Below are positions 39,913-49,430 of a DNA stretch of 64,000 nt, one piece after another. The position numbers and the translations under genes are program-made. Origin of the DNA: Vallitaleaceae bacterium (GTDB taxonomy: Bacteria > Bacillota > Clostridia > Lachnospirales > Vallitaleaceae). Location: assembly GCA_963677915.2 (NCBI GenBank), contig CAXXGE010000035.1, positions 5,130 through 69,129 on the forward strand. Reading direction: 5' to 3'. Position 1 is the first letter of the stretch, and each line of letters begins with the position of its first letter. The notes under the pieces were generated by a model. It worked only from the letters and a program-made list of their open reading frames with translations, was not told the DNA's origin and did no database searches.

Positions 39913-41256
39913 TTAAAAGGGCAAGTTGAACATGCCTTTTTTGCCTTTTCCTTTTTTGCCCATCATGCCGCCCATTTGCTTCATCATTTTTTTCGACTGC
40001 TCGAACTGCTTGATGAATCTGTTCACCTGTCCGATATCCATGCCGCAGCCCTTGGCAATTCTTTGTTTCCTTGAAGGATTCATGATGTCCGGATTGTTTC
40101 TCTCCTCCGGTGTCATGGAATAGATCATCGACTCGAATCGAGCCATTTCCTTGTCGTCGATCTGGGCGCCCTTAAGCTGCTGACTCATTCCGGGAATCAT
40201 CGCCATCAAATCACTCAGCGATCCCATCGACTTGATCTGCTGCATCTGCTCCAGGAAATCATCAAAAGTGAATTCGGCTTTCCTGAACTTCCTTTCCATC
40301 TCGGCTGCTTTTTTCTCATCCAGCGTGCTTTGCGCCTTCTCGATCAGCGAGAGCACATCACCCATACCCAGAATCCGGGAAGCCATCCTGTCGGGATGGA
40401 AGGTCTCTATGTCTGTCAGCTTCTCACCGACGCAGGCGAACTTGATGGGCTTTTCAGTTACAGCCCTTACAGACAGCGCCGCGCCGCCTCTTGTGTCGCC
40501 GTCAAGCTTAGTAAGAATGACGCCGTCGATACCGATGATATTGTTGAAGCTCTCGGCCACATTGACAGCATCCTGACCCGTCATCGAGTCAACGACCAAA
40601 AGGATCTCTTTCGGCTGGATGACTTCCTTGACATTCACCAGCTCATTCATCATTGCGTCATCTATATGGAGGCGTCCTGCAGTATCCACGATTACAACAT
40701 CGTTGTTGTTCTTGTCTGCATGTTCCATCGCCGCCTTGGATATATCGACCGGGTCGTTCTTGTCACCCATGGCAAAAACCGGTATGTCCAGCTGGCCACC
40801 GACTACCTGAAGCTGCTTGACAGCGGCAGGTCTGTAGATGTCGCAGGCAACCAGCAGCGGTTTTTTTCCTTGTTTTTTCAACATGCCCGCAAGTTTAGCA
40901 CAGGTCGTTGTTTTACCCGCACCCTGAAGACCGACCATCATATAAACGGTCTTTTCTCCCTTGCTGTTGAATGTCAGGCCTGTGCTTGTTTCGCCCATCA
41001 GCCTGACCATTTCCTCATTAACGATTTTAATGACGTGCTGGCCTGGCGTCAGGCTTTCCATGACTTCCTGGCCCACACTTCTTTCCTGTACACCTTTAAC
41101 AAAATCCTTAACAACCTTGAAGTTGACGTCTGCCTCAAGCAGAGCCATTTTGACTTCCCTCATTGCAGCTTTTACGTCCGCTTCCGAGAGCTTGCCTTTC
41201 TTTTTAAGGTTGCTGAATATATTCTGAAACTTTTCTGATAAGCTTTCAAATGCCAT
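39913..41256 (-). CDS. ffh: Signal recognition particle protein Ffh
   Basis: 447 aa with GLQGAGKTTT, DTAGR, TKLDGD and a Met-rich M domain. Confidence 0.97.
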   Translation of the reverse strand: MAFESLSEKFQNIFSNLKKKGKLSEADVKAAMREVKMALLEADVNFKVVKDFVKGVQERSVGQEVMESLTPGQHVIKIVNEEMVRLMGETSTGLTFNSKGEKTVYMMVGLQGAGKTTTCAKLAGMLKKQGKKPLLVACDIYRPAAVKQLQVVGGQLDIPVFAMGDKNDPVDISKAAMEHADKNNNDVVIVDTAGRLHIDDAMMNELVNVKEVIQPKEILLVVDSMTGQDAVNVAESFNNIIGIDGVILTKLDGDTRGGAALSVRAVTEKPIKFACVGEKLTDIETFHPDRMASRILGMGDVLSLIEKAQSTLDEKKAAEMERKFRKAEFTFDDFLEQMQQIKSMGSLSDLMAMIPGMSQQLKGAQIDDKEMARFESMIYSMTPEERNNPDIMNPSRKQRIAKGCGMDIGQVNRFIKQFEQSKKMMKQMGGMMGKKGKGKKGMFNLPF

Positions 41257-41265
41257 AATTGCCTC

Positions 41266-41616
41266 CTAAAGATTGGACAGCATTTTCCCGGACAGTTTCC
41301 GGATTTCCATGATACAGCTGTAAAGTTCATCTGCATCCTTTGATTCTATCATTGATTTCTCACTTATGGCTTCAATCAAGTGTTTGTTTTCCATGAACTT
41401 CCTGACAAGCGACAATTTATCCTCGTACTTTTGAAGCTGTCTGTCGCATTTTTTGAGGTTGTCGTGGACGGCTTGACGGCTGATATTCATGATGTCTGCA
41501 ATTTCTGCCAAAGACAGGTCTTCGTTGAAATGCAGCTCATATGCCTGCTTCTGTTTCTCAGTCAGCAGCTCTCCATAAAAATCGAAGAGCATCGTCCGCT
41601 CTAATATAATATCCAT
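41266..41616 (-). CDS. ylxM: YlxM (UPF0122) putative HTH protein
   Basis: ...LFDFYGELLTEKQ......DLSL.EIA....SRQAV.D... The ATG at 41616 has a GAGGTGG RBS. Confidence 0.88.
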   Translation of the reverse strand: MDIILERTMLFDFYGELLTEKQKQAYELHFNEDLSLAEIADIMNISRQAVHDNLKKCDRQLQKYEDKLSLVRKFMENKHLIEAISEKSMIESKDADELYSCIMEIRKLSGKMLSNL

Positions 41617-41692
41617 TCGTACCACCTCTGTCAAGCACTTTTGCTTTACAGAGCAATTATAGTGTCACAACCTCTGATTGTCAATAGGTTTT

Positions 41693-42721
41693 TCATTTTT
41701 TCAGGGCAAAAACAAGGTCCCTATTGATCGCCTGGGACACCCTGTGGCTGAAATCAACGTGTTCAGTTTCCGGACACTCCACAAATCCATGTCTGCCGAG
41801 GCAGTCGACAATCTCCTGTTTGCTGTCGGTGAAGGTATTCCATGCCAATGCGATGGATCCGCCTTTTTTAAGAAGTCTGTCCCATGAATCCAGCGCCCCA
41901 TCCAGAATGCCGACAATGCTTCTCGTGGACTGCTTGCCTTTTTTGCCTATATGCGCGATGCCATAGGGCAGGTCGCATGCAATGACATCGATGCTGTTTT
42001 TCTTGAAGACGACGCAGCCTTTGGCAGCATCGGCTGCAATGCATTTCATTTCGATGAATTCCTTGCGTTTGGCAGCTTCCTTGTCTTTGGCCACTTTGAA
42101 GGACAGCGTCTCACCAACATTTTTGCCTCCGACAATCGCCTTGCCTTTTTCCATCTGGTGCTTGTAATGCCCTTCCTTCAGATACCTGGAAAAATAAACG
42201 CTCATATCATGGATGGCGCCTTTGTTCTCGTCGATGCCATAGGCATCGTATCCGTCGGTCATCGCCTCAAAGAGCGTCGTACCCTTGCCGCACATGGGAT
42301 CCAGGATGCTGACCTGTTCCCTGCCGTCCAAACGGTCCATGACAGAGAGTCCGATGTTCAGCATCAGCCTTGTGATTGTTTCGTTTGTCTTGCCACTGTA
42401 TTTCAGCCTCGTGCTAAGGTCTTCCGGAAACACCGGTTCATACCCTATAGGCACGATATTTGTGTTCGGGCCGTTGTTCTCGAGGAGCATATAAAAGAAA
42501 GACAGTTTGAAGACGGTTTCCTTCGCTTCATCACTCAATATGCATTCACAGCTGAATGTCATCATATGGCCTTTGTGAGCCTGTACGATATTTATTTCCG
42601 TCGCCTGGACACCGATCCCTTTCAGAACCAATGTCAGCTCCGCCACGCAAAGCCTGTGGTATTCCTCTTCAAAGGCAATATTGTATTGGGGCTTCATGAG
42701 AATTGCATACTGTTTCGACAT
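41693..42721 (-). CDS. SAM-dependent methyltransferase with a DLPYG (DPPY-type) motif; putative RNA/DNA exocyclic-amine methylase
   Basis: Motif I ILDPMCGKGTT and motif IV ACDLPYG. An N-terminal ~130-aa domain of unknown type is present. Confidence 0.65.
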   Translation of the reverse strand: MSKQYAILMKPQYNIAFEEEYHRLCVAELTLVLKGIGVQATEINIVQAHKGHMMTFSCECILSDEAKETVFKLSFFYMLLENNGPNTNIVPIGYEPVFPEDLSTRLKYSGKTNETITRLMLNIGLSVMDRLDGREQVSILDPMCGKGTTLFEAMTDGYDAYGIDENKGAIHDMSVYFSRYLKEGHYKHQMEKGKAIVGGKNVGETLSFKVAKDKEAAKRKEFIEMKCIAADAAKGCVVFKKNSIDVIACDLPYGIAHIGKKGKQSTRSIVGILDGALDSWDRLLKKGGSIALAWNTFTDSKQEIVDCLGRHGFVECPETEHVDFSHRVSQAINRDLVFALKK

Positions 42722-42727
42722 GCTTAA

Positions 42728-43657
42728 TCAGTTCCCTTCTTCGAACAGCGCTTCGACAAACTCATCCGAATCAAAAGGATGAAGGTCATCAATACCCTCG
42801 CCCACACCGATATATTTCACAGGCAGGCCGATTTCATATGAAATCGCTATAGCGCTGCCGCCTTTGGCCGTTCCGTCGAGTTTGGTCAGCACGATGCCTG
42901 TAATCGGGGCGATTTCCTTGAACTGCTTCGCCTGGCTAAGTGCGTTCTGCCCGGTCGTTGCATCAAGGACCAGTAGCACTTCCGGATGGGCATCACCGTA
43001 TTCCCTGTCGATGATCTTGAAAATCTTGCGAAGCTCTTCCATAAGGTTCTTTTTGTTGTGGAGCCTGCCTGCCGTGTCACAGATAAGAAGATCCGTCTTT
43101 CTGGATTTGGCAGCCTGGACCGCATCGAAAACAACCGCACCCGGATCCGAGTTTTCCTGCTGGGATATGATTTCGACACTGGCCCTGTTTGCCCATTCGA
43201 TAAGCTGGTCAATAGCCGCCGCCCTGAAGGTATCGGCTGCCGCCAAAAGCACTTTCTTGCCGTCTCTTTTAAAACGCATGGCCAGCTTGCCTATCGTTGT
43301 CGTCTTCCCAACACCGTTGACGCCGATGACAAGGACAACAGATTTCTTTTCTGTGAAACTGTATGCATCTTCCGGCAGGGCCAGAAGGGTTTTCAATTCG
43401 TCCTTGAGAAGCGTCTTGACTTCCGAAGGATCCTTGACACCCTTTTCCTTCACCTTTATTCTCAAGTCCTCGATGATCTTGATTGCCGTATTGACGCCTA
43501 TGTCGGCAATAATAAGCGCCTCTTCCAGCTCTTCATAGAATTCATCATCGATTGCCGTGAAGCTTTGGAGCACCTGGTCGATGCCCCCCATGATATTGTT
43601 TCTGGTCTTGGTCAGCCCGCTGACCAGTTTATTGAAAAATCCTGATTTATCTGCCAT
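42728..43657 (-). CDS. ftsY: Signal recognition particle receptor FtsY
   Basis: NG domain with GVNGVGKTTT, DTAGR and TKLDGTAKGG. Confidence 0.96.
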   Translation of the reverse strand: MADKSGFFNKLVSGLTKTRNNIMGGIDQVLQSFTAIDDEFYEELEEALIIADIGVNTAIKIIEDLRIKVKEKGVKDPSEVKTLLKDELKTLLALPEDAYSFTEKKSVVLVIGVNGVGKTTTIGKLAMRFKRDGKKVLLAAADTFRAAAIDQLIEWANRASVEIISQQENSDPGAVVFDAVQAAKSRKTDLLICDTAGRLHNKKNLMEELRKIFKIIDREYGDAHPEVLLVLDATTGQNALSQAKQFKEIAPITGIVLTKLDGTAKGGSAIAISYEIGLPVKYIGVGEGIDDLHPFDSDEFVEALFEEGN

Positions 43658-43661
43658 AATT

Positions 43662-46600
43662 CTACCTTTCTAATTCGTCTTCGATCAGTTTGACGCTGAC
43701 TTGTGTCGATACGCCTTTTTCCTGCATCGTGATGCCGTATAGCGCGTGTGCAGCTGCCATCGTGCCTTGCTTATGGGTAATGATGATGAACTGGGTATTC
43801 CCTGCCAGCTTCAGAAGATACTTGGCAAACCTCTCTACGTTGGCATCATCCAGTGCCGCATCGATCTCGTCAAGCACACAGAACGGCGACGGTTTCAGAC
43901 TCTGTATGGCAAAGAGCAGTGCAATGGCAGTAAAGGCCCTTTCGCCACCAGACAGAAGCATCATGTTCTGCAGCTTTTTTCCAGGCGGCTGTGCGATGAT
44001 CTGCACGCCGGATTCCAGCACATTGTCTGTGTCCGTCAGTTCCAGCATGGCTTTCCCGCCGCCAAAGAGTTCCTTGAACATGAATCCGAACTCCCTGTTG
44101 ATTTCCCTGAAACGCTCTCTGAACTGTTCCTGCATGCTGACATCAAGGTCCCCGATGATCTGCATCAGCTTCTCTTCTGCTTTTACCACATCGTCCCTTT
44201 GTGTTGTCAGGAAATCATAGCGTTCGCTGACCTGTTTGTAATCCTCGATGGCATTGACATTGACATCCCCCAGCTCCTTGATTTCGCTTTTCAGCGTGCT
44301 TATCTTCTGTTTCACCGCCGATAGGGTACCAAGGGATTCATCCAGGTATTTGTGGGCCTGGTTGTATGTCATCTCATACTCGTTCCACATATAATCCAGA
44401 AGGTTCTCCTTCTGTACATCCAGCTTGACCTTCTGGTTTTCCAGCCTGGAAAGGTCCTTCTCCAGCTGGCTGATCCTGGCCGACTCCTCTTCCCTTTGCT
44501 CATAGAGGGACTCCTGGATCTTCTGTTTTTGCTGCCGCGCGCTGATGCTTTCACTCTGCTTTGTTTCAAGTGATTCAATCTTCCCGGTCAAATCGGAAAT
44601 CTCCTGCGTAATCTCCTCGATCCTCTTTTCCTTTTCTTCGTAACTGGATTCGCCGTCGGTCAGCTCACGCTTCAAGGTTGCCATTTCATCGGCAATGCCG
44701 TTGGCTTCTTCCTTCATTCTGTCAATAAGGGCTTCAGCATGACGTTTCTTTTCATTTGAAGCCGAAGAACGGACCCTAAGCCCTGTCAGCTCTTCAAGCA
44801 GCTGTTCCTTTTCTTCCTTCAGCTCGAGCAGCTTAAGGCTTATTTCTTCGATTCGTTTTTCAGACGATTCTTTATTGTGGTCGTAGTGGTTCAGCTTGCC
44901 TTTCGTCTCATCCAGTTCACTTTGATGGCCTACAAGCGCTGAATCGATCAACGCCAGCTCTTCTTCCTGGTCTGTTTTCTCGCCCTGCAGTTTGACAAGA
45001 TTGGCTGCAAGCTGTTCCAGCCTCATGGATTCCTTGTGGAAATCCTCTTTCTTAATCTGCAGCTCTTCTGCGACGGATTTCATTTCAGCTGAGAGTTGAG
45101 CCAGCTCATTCTTGCTTGCAGCAAGCTTTTGTTCCAGACTGCCGATTTCCCGGGCCAGTTCAGAAGCCTTCGCGAGATGCTCCTCAAGCTCCCTCTTACG
45201 TGAGAGGAACTGGTTCCTGTCATTCTTGTAGGCACCGCCTGTCATTGCACCGCCAGGATTGATGACATCACCGTCCAGCGTTACAATTCTGACGCCGAAC
45301 TGTTCTTTGCTGGCGATCGCCATACCGTTGTCCAGATTGTCCGCTATGACGATGTTCCCAAGCAGATGGGACATGATGGCTTCATAGCGGCTTTCCGTTT
45401 CAACCAGCTCGTTGGCATAACCGATAAATCCTTTATAGCCGGCATCCACACGTTTCCTGGGTGTCCTTCCTTTTATAGTTGTAAGAGGCAGGAACGTCGC
45501 CCTTCCGAATCTGTTCTTTTTCAGATATCCTATCAGTTCCTTGGCCGTGGTTTCATTGTCGGTGATAATGTTCTGATGGGCACTTCCAAGGGCTGTTTCA
45601 ATTGCCTTCTCATACTGTTTGTCTGTTCTTATGACGTCAGCGACAACGCCGTGGATGCCTTCGCTTAGACTGCCTTCCTTCTTGCGAAGCAGCATGACCT
45701 GCTTGATACTGTATTGATAGCCTTCATACTCCTCTTCGACCGTTGCGATCGCTGATGCCTTGGACTCTTCGCTGTGCTTCCTGTAATTGCAGTCCTTGAT
45801 CTTTTCCTCGAATTCACCGATTAGAAGCGTTAATTCACCTGTCTTTTCCTTTGCCTTGCTTTCCTTTTCTCCAAGGGCATCCAGGGATGCTTTCTTCTGC
45901 TCAAGCGCAGCAGCAAGACGTTCGACTGTATCCTTTTCTTCATCCATCTGCTGGTTCAATCTGGTCACCTGCCGCACGATTGCTTCCTTGCGGGATGATT
46001 TATGTTCGAGGTCAGCTTCCAGACGGTTGATCCGGCTTTTATCGTTGGACATGCTGTTCAATTGTTCAATCATATCAGATTGAAGCGTATTCATTGCGCA
46101 CTCAAGATCAGACATGGTTGTATTGACCGCTTCCAGCTTACCGTTACCGAGAGTCAAAGCCTCGCTGTCCTTCAAGGCCTCTTCCGCAAGACTTGCCAGT
46201 TGACCTTCCAGCGCTTCCAGTTCGGCTGAAGCACTCTCTTTCTTATCCTTGATTGTCTTGATGCGGTCAAGGGCACGCATATGATTGGACGACAAATGGG
46301 CCATCTGCTCTTTGACAAGGGCGATAGCCGATTCCTTGCGTTCCTTTTCGCTTTTAAGATCCGAAATCACGACTCTGGAACTTTCTATCGCGGTTTCCAT
46401 CGTCTCAAGCTCTTTGTTCAGTTCGAGATGCTTCCTTTTGTTTTCCTCATGACTTTCAGAAGCTTCTTTGATATGGCCTTCGACATGCTTCTCTTTGTGC
46501 TCTATCTGTTCTATCTGTTCGGTAATCCTCTGGGTCTCCTGGACAAAAATGTTCAGTTCGAATTTTTTCAGCGATTCCTTTTTCTCCAGATATTGTTTGG

Positions 46601-47234
46601 CTGTCGCAGACTGTTCCTTAAGGATTTCCTTCTGCCCCTCAAGCTCAACAATAATGTCATTGATGCGAAGCAGGTTCTGCCTTTCCTTGTCCAGGCTCTT
46701 TTCAGCCGATGTCTTACGGTTCTTGAATTTGACAATGCCTGCCGCTTCGTCGAAAAGCGCCCGTCTGTCGTCAGGTTTCGTGGAAAGGATCTTGTCGATC
46801 TGTCCCTGTCCGATAATGGAATAGCCTTCTTTACCGACACCGGTATCCATAAACAGCTCATGGACGTCACGCAGTCTGCAGCTCGTACCGTTGATAAAAT
46901 ACTCACCCTCGCCGGAACGATAGACCCTTCTTGATACCGTCACTTCCGAGTATTCGATAGGCATTTTCATGTCCTGGTTGTCAATTGTCAGGTCAACCTG
47001 GCAGTAACCATGCGGTTTCCTTGTTTCAGTGCCGGAAAAGATCACATCCTCCATCTTGCTGCCCCTGAGCTGCTTGGCGCTTTGCTCGCCGAGCACCCAT
47101 CTCACGGCGTCTGCGACATTGCTTTTGCCACTGCCGTTGGGTCCCACAATGGCTGTCATGCCTTCTTCAAATTTAAAAGCCATTTTACTGGCAAAGGATT
47201 TGAATCCGATCAGTTCTATACTCTTTAAATACAT
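43662..47234 (-). CDS. smc: Chromosome partition protein Smc
   Basis: 1190 aa with Walker A GPNGSGKSN, long coiled coils, a hinge, and C-terminal LSGGE...DEIDAALD. Confidence 0.97.
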   Translation of the reverse strand: MYLKSIELIGFKSFASKMAFKFEEGMTAIVGPNGSGKSNVADAVRWVLGEQSAKQLRGSKMEDVIFSGTETRKPHGYCQVDLTIDNQDMKMPIEYSEVTVSRRVYRSGEGEYFINGTSCRLRDVHELFMDTGVGKEGYSIIGQGQIDKILSTKPDDRRALFDEAAGIVKFKNRKTSAEKSLDKERQNLLRINDIIVELEGQKEILKEQSATAKQYLEKKESLKKFELNIFVQETQRITEQIEQIEHKEKHVEGHIKEASESHEENKRKHLELNKELETMETAIESSRVVISDLKSEKERKESAIALVKEQMAHLSSNHMRALDRIKTIKDKKESASAELEALEGQLASLAEEALKDSEALTLGNGKLEAVNTTMSDLECAMNTLQSDMIEQLNSMSNDKSRINRLEADLEHKSSRKEAIVRQVTRLNQQMDEEKDTVERLAAALEQKKASLDALGEKESKAKEKTGELTLLIGEFEEKIKDCNYRKHSEESKASAIATVEEEYEGYQYSIKQVMLLRKKEGSLSEGIHGVVADVIRTDKQYEKAIETALGSAHQNIITDNETTAKELIGYLKKNRFGRATFLPLTTIKGRTPRKRVDAGYKGFIGYANELVETESRYEAIMSHLLGNIVIADNLDNGMAIASKEQFGVRIVTLDGDVINPGGAMTGGAYKNDRNQFLSRKRELEEHLAKASELAREIGSLEQKLAASKNELAQLSAEMKSVAEELQIKKEDFHKESMRLEQLAANLVKLQGEKTDQEEELALIDSALVGHQSELDETKGKLNHYDHNKESSEKRIEEISLKLLELKEEKEQLLEELTGLRVRSSASNEKKRHAEALIDRMKEEANGIADEMATLKRELTDGESSYEEKEKRIEEITQEISDLTGKIESLETKQSESISARQQKQKIQESLYEQREEESARISQLEKDLSRLENQKVKLDVQKENLLDYMWNEYEMTYNQAHKYLDESLGTLSAVKQKISTLKSEIKELGDVNVNAIEDYKQVSERYDFLTTQRDDVVKAEEKLMQIIGDLDVSMQEQFRERFREINREFGFMFKELFGGGKAMLELTDTDNVLESGVQIIAQPPGKKLQNMMLLSGGERAFTAIALLFAIQSLKPSPFCVLDEIDAALDDANVERFAKYLLKLAGNTQFIIITHKQGTMAAAHALYGITMQEKGVSTQVSVKLIEDELER

Positions 47235-47242
47235 GTGCTCCC

Positions 47243-47944
47243 CTATTCCAGATTGTCAATCGCATTCAAGGCAGCTTCCTGTTCAGCCGCTTTCTTGCTG
47301 CGTCCTACACCCTGACCAATCGTTACCCCCTCATGTCTCACATCGACTTCAAAGAATTTCGCATGGTCAGGGCCTTTTTCTGCTGTAACAATGTACTCCA
47401 CAGACTTGTCGCTGCCCCTTTGTATGATCTCCTGCAAATGGGTTTTGCTGTCGACAAACAGTTTCCTGCCGTCGAGATTGACAAGGAGCTTGCCAACAAC
47501 GAATTCCCGGGCCGCCTTGAACCCGCCGTCGATATAGACAGCGCCAATCAGCGCCTCCATGGCATCCGACAGGACCGATGCCCTTCTCCTGCCGCCTGAC
47601 GCGTCCTCGCCTTTCCCGAGCAAAAGGTAATCGCCCAGTCCGATCCCTTTGGCGAATGAAGCAAGCGTTGGCTCGCAGACGATACTTGCTCTGAGTTTTG
47701 TCAGTTCACCTTCCAGCATTTCATCATATTTGTTGTACAAAAACTCAGACGTGATAATTTCTAGCACAGCATCGCCCAGGAATTCAAGCCGCTCGTTGTT
47801 TTCCAGCTTTGACATCTTGTGTTCGTTGGCATAGGAGCTGTGTGTCAGCGCCTGTCCCAGCAAAGACATGTCGCGGAATTCGTAACCGATGATCTGCAAA
47901 AAATCATTTCTAGAATTTTCCTCCAATTGATGTCCTCCTTTCAA
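47243..47944 (-). CDS. rnc: Ribonuclease III
   Basis: ...NERLEFLGDAVL... signature plus a dsRBD. Confidence 0.95.
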   Translation of the reverse strand: MKGGHQLEENSRNDFLQIIGYEFRDMSLLGQALTHSSYANEHKMSKLENNERLEFLGDAVLEIITSEFLYNKYDEMLEGELTKLRASIVCEPTLASFAKGIGLGDYLLLGKGEDASGGRRRASVLSDAMEALIGAVYIDGGFKAAREFVVGKLLVNLDGRKLFVDSKTHLQEIIQRGSDKSVEYIVTAEKGPDHAKFFEVDVRHEGVTIGQGVGRSKKAAEQEAALNAIDNLE

Positions 47945-47947
47945 AAA

Positions 47948-47969
47948 AATCGCCGGTGGGCCGGCGATT
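47948..47969 (-). terminator. acpP terminator (GC-rich hairpin + T7)
   Basis: aatcgccgg-tggg-ccggcgatt, with an A7 run on the plus strand (T7 on minus). Confidence 0.8.
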
Positions 47970-48232
47970 CAATCATCCTTGTCATCCAAATCTTCCAGGT
48001 ACTCAATTAACAGTTTCTCTGCGTCACCGATTGTCTCCACGTTTTCAGAAATATCTTCATCAATCTCGACATCGAAAGCATCTTCGATAGCCATGAGGAT
48101 CTGCGCCAAGTCGAGGGAATCGATGCCAAGGTCGTCGACAAAGGTCATACCCTCCTTCAAATCCTCGGCAGCATAAGGTGTAAAGTCAGCTATAATTGAC
48201 AGCAGTTTCTGTACAGCGACTCGATCATTCAT
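47969..48232 (-). CDS. acpP: Acyl carrier protein
   Basis: LGIDSLDLAQILMAIEDAF phosphopantetheine-attachment motif; 87 aa. Confidence 0.9.
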   Translation of the reverse strand: MNDRVAVQKLLSIIADFTPYAAEDLKEGMTFVDDLGIDSLDLAQILMAIEDAFDVEIDEDISENVETIGDAEKLLIEYLEDLDDKDD

Positions 48233-48250
48233 AGTATTACCCCTTTCAGA

Positions 48251-49252
48251 TCATTCCAGAATTTTGACTTTTATCTTTTCGTTGACTTTCTTATCAGAAA
48301 ACTTCTTGCATTGAAGCACTGCATTCTTGATTGCCTTGGCATTGGAGCTTCCATGGCTTTTCACGACCAGCCCTTCCAGACCCAGCAGAGGCGCCCCGCC
48401 ATATTCGGTGTAATCGAACTTCTTCATCATGTTCTTGAAGGAACCTTTTATCAGCAGTCCACCGATTTTGGATATTGGCGTCGACATGATGGCATCCTTG
48501 ATCATCCCGATCAATGTCGTAGCCAGTCCCTCCGTATATTTAAGGATGACATTGCCGACAAATCCGTCACATACGACCACATGGCAGTCATTGTTTGGAA
48601 TTTCCCTCGCCTCGATATTGCCGATGAAATTGATGTGGTCGTCTTTTTCCAGCAGCGGGTAAGTATCCTTCACAAGAGCGTTGCCTTTCCCCTTTTCCTC
48701 GCCGATATTGACCAGTCCTACTCTTGGCTTTTCAACGCCAAGAAGGCTTTCATAGTATATGGATCCCATCTGGGCGAACTGCAGGAGGAACTGCGGCTTG
48801 CTGTCCACATTCGCACCACAGTCGATAAGGAGTGATACACCCTTCTTCCCCGGAATCACTGTCCCAAGAGCCGGCCTTGCGATGCCCTTGATCCTGCCCA
48901 GTATGAGTGTACCTCCAGCCAGTATGGCGCCTGTCGATCCAGCCGAGATGATTGCCTCGGCCTTTCCCTCCTTCACGAGGGTAAACGCCTTGACAAGCGA
49001 TGAGTCCTTTTTGCGCCTGATCGCCGTAACAGGCGTTTCATGGTTGGTAATGATCTGTGTCGTCGGTACGATTTCGACCCTAGATGCGTCATAGTCGAAC
49101 TTTTTCAGTTCATTCTTGATCCTTCGCTTGTCCCCCACCAGCATAAGGGAGATATTCTTGTCTATTTCAAGCGCCTGGATACAGCCATCTACTATGGCTT
49201 CTGGCGCGTGGTCTCCACCCATGGCGTCAACCGCTATTTTTGTAAGCTTCAT
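48251..49252 (-). CDS. plsX: Phosphate acyltransferase PlsX
   Basis: MKLTKIAVDAMGGDHAP... Internal ATG at 49252. Confidence 0.94.
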   Translation of the reverse strand: MKLTKIAVDAMGGDHAPEAIVDGCIQALEIDKNISLMLVGDKRRIKNELKKFDYDASRVEIVPTTQIITNHETPVTAIRRKKDSSLVKAFTLVKEGKAEAIISAGSTGAILAGGTLILGRIKGIARPALGTVIPGKKGVSLLIDCGANVDSKPQFLLQFAQMGSIYYESLLGVEKPRVGLVNIGEEKGKGNALVKDTYPLLEKDDHINFIGNIEAREIPNNDCHVVVCDGFVGNVILKYTEGLATTLIGMIKDAIMSTPISKIGGLLIKGSFKNMMKKFDYTEYGGAPLLGLEGLVVKSHGSSNAKAIKNAVLQCKKFSDKKVNEKIKVKILE

Positions 49253-49340
49253 AATGCTACCTCTTTGTCTATATGATATATTCAATACTTGGTTTTTATC
49301 ATATCATAGACGGTATTCTGATTCAATATTAACCATAACA

Positions 49341-49394
49341 AAAGGGTTTGACCTGACAGCAGCGACTCGTCGATGCTGAATTGCCAAACCCCTT
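49341..49394 (-). terminator. Extended hairpin downstream of xylB
   Basis: aaagggtttg ... caaacccctt outer stem with an inner cagcagcgac/gtcgatgctg stem. TTTTGTTATGG follows on the minus strand. Confidence 0.5.
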
Positions 49395-49430
49395 GGTTGA
49401 AAAGATATGGGTGAAATTATTGTTGCTTCA

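Noticed and set aside
43662-47234. Apparent repetitiveness (E/K/L-rich) within smc, as a possible tandem repeat.
   Set aside because: This is the coiled-coil heptad composition of SMC arms. No exact nucleotide repeats were seen.
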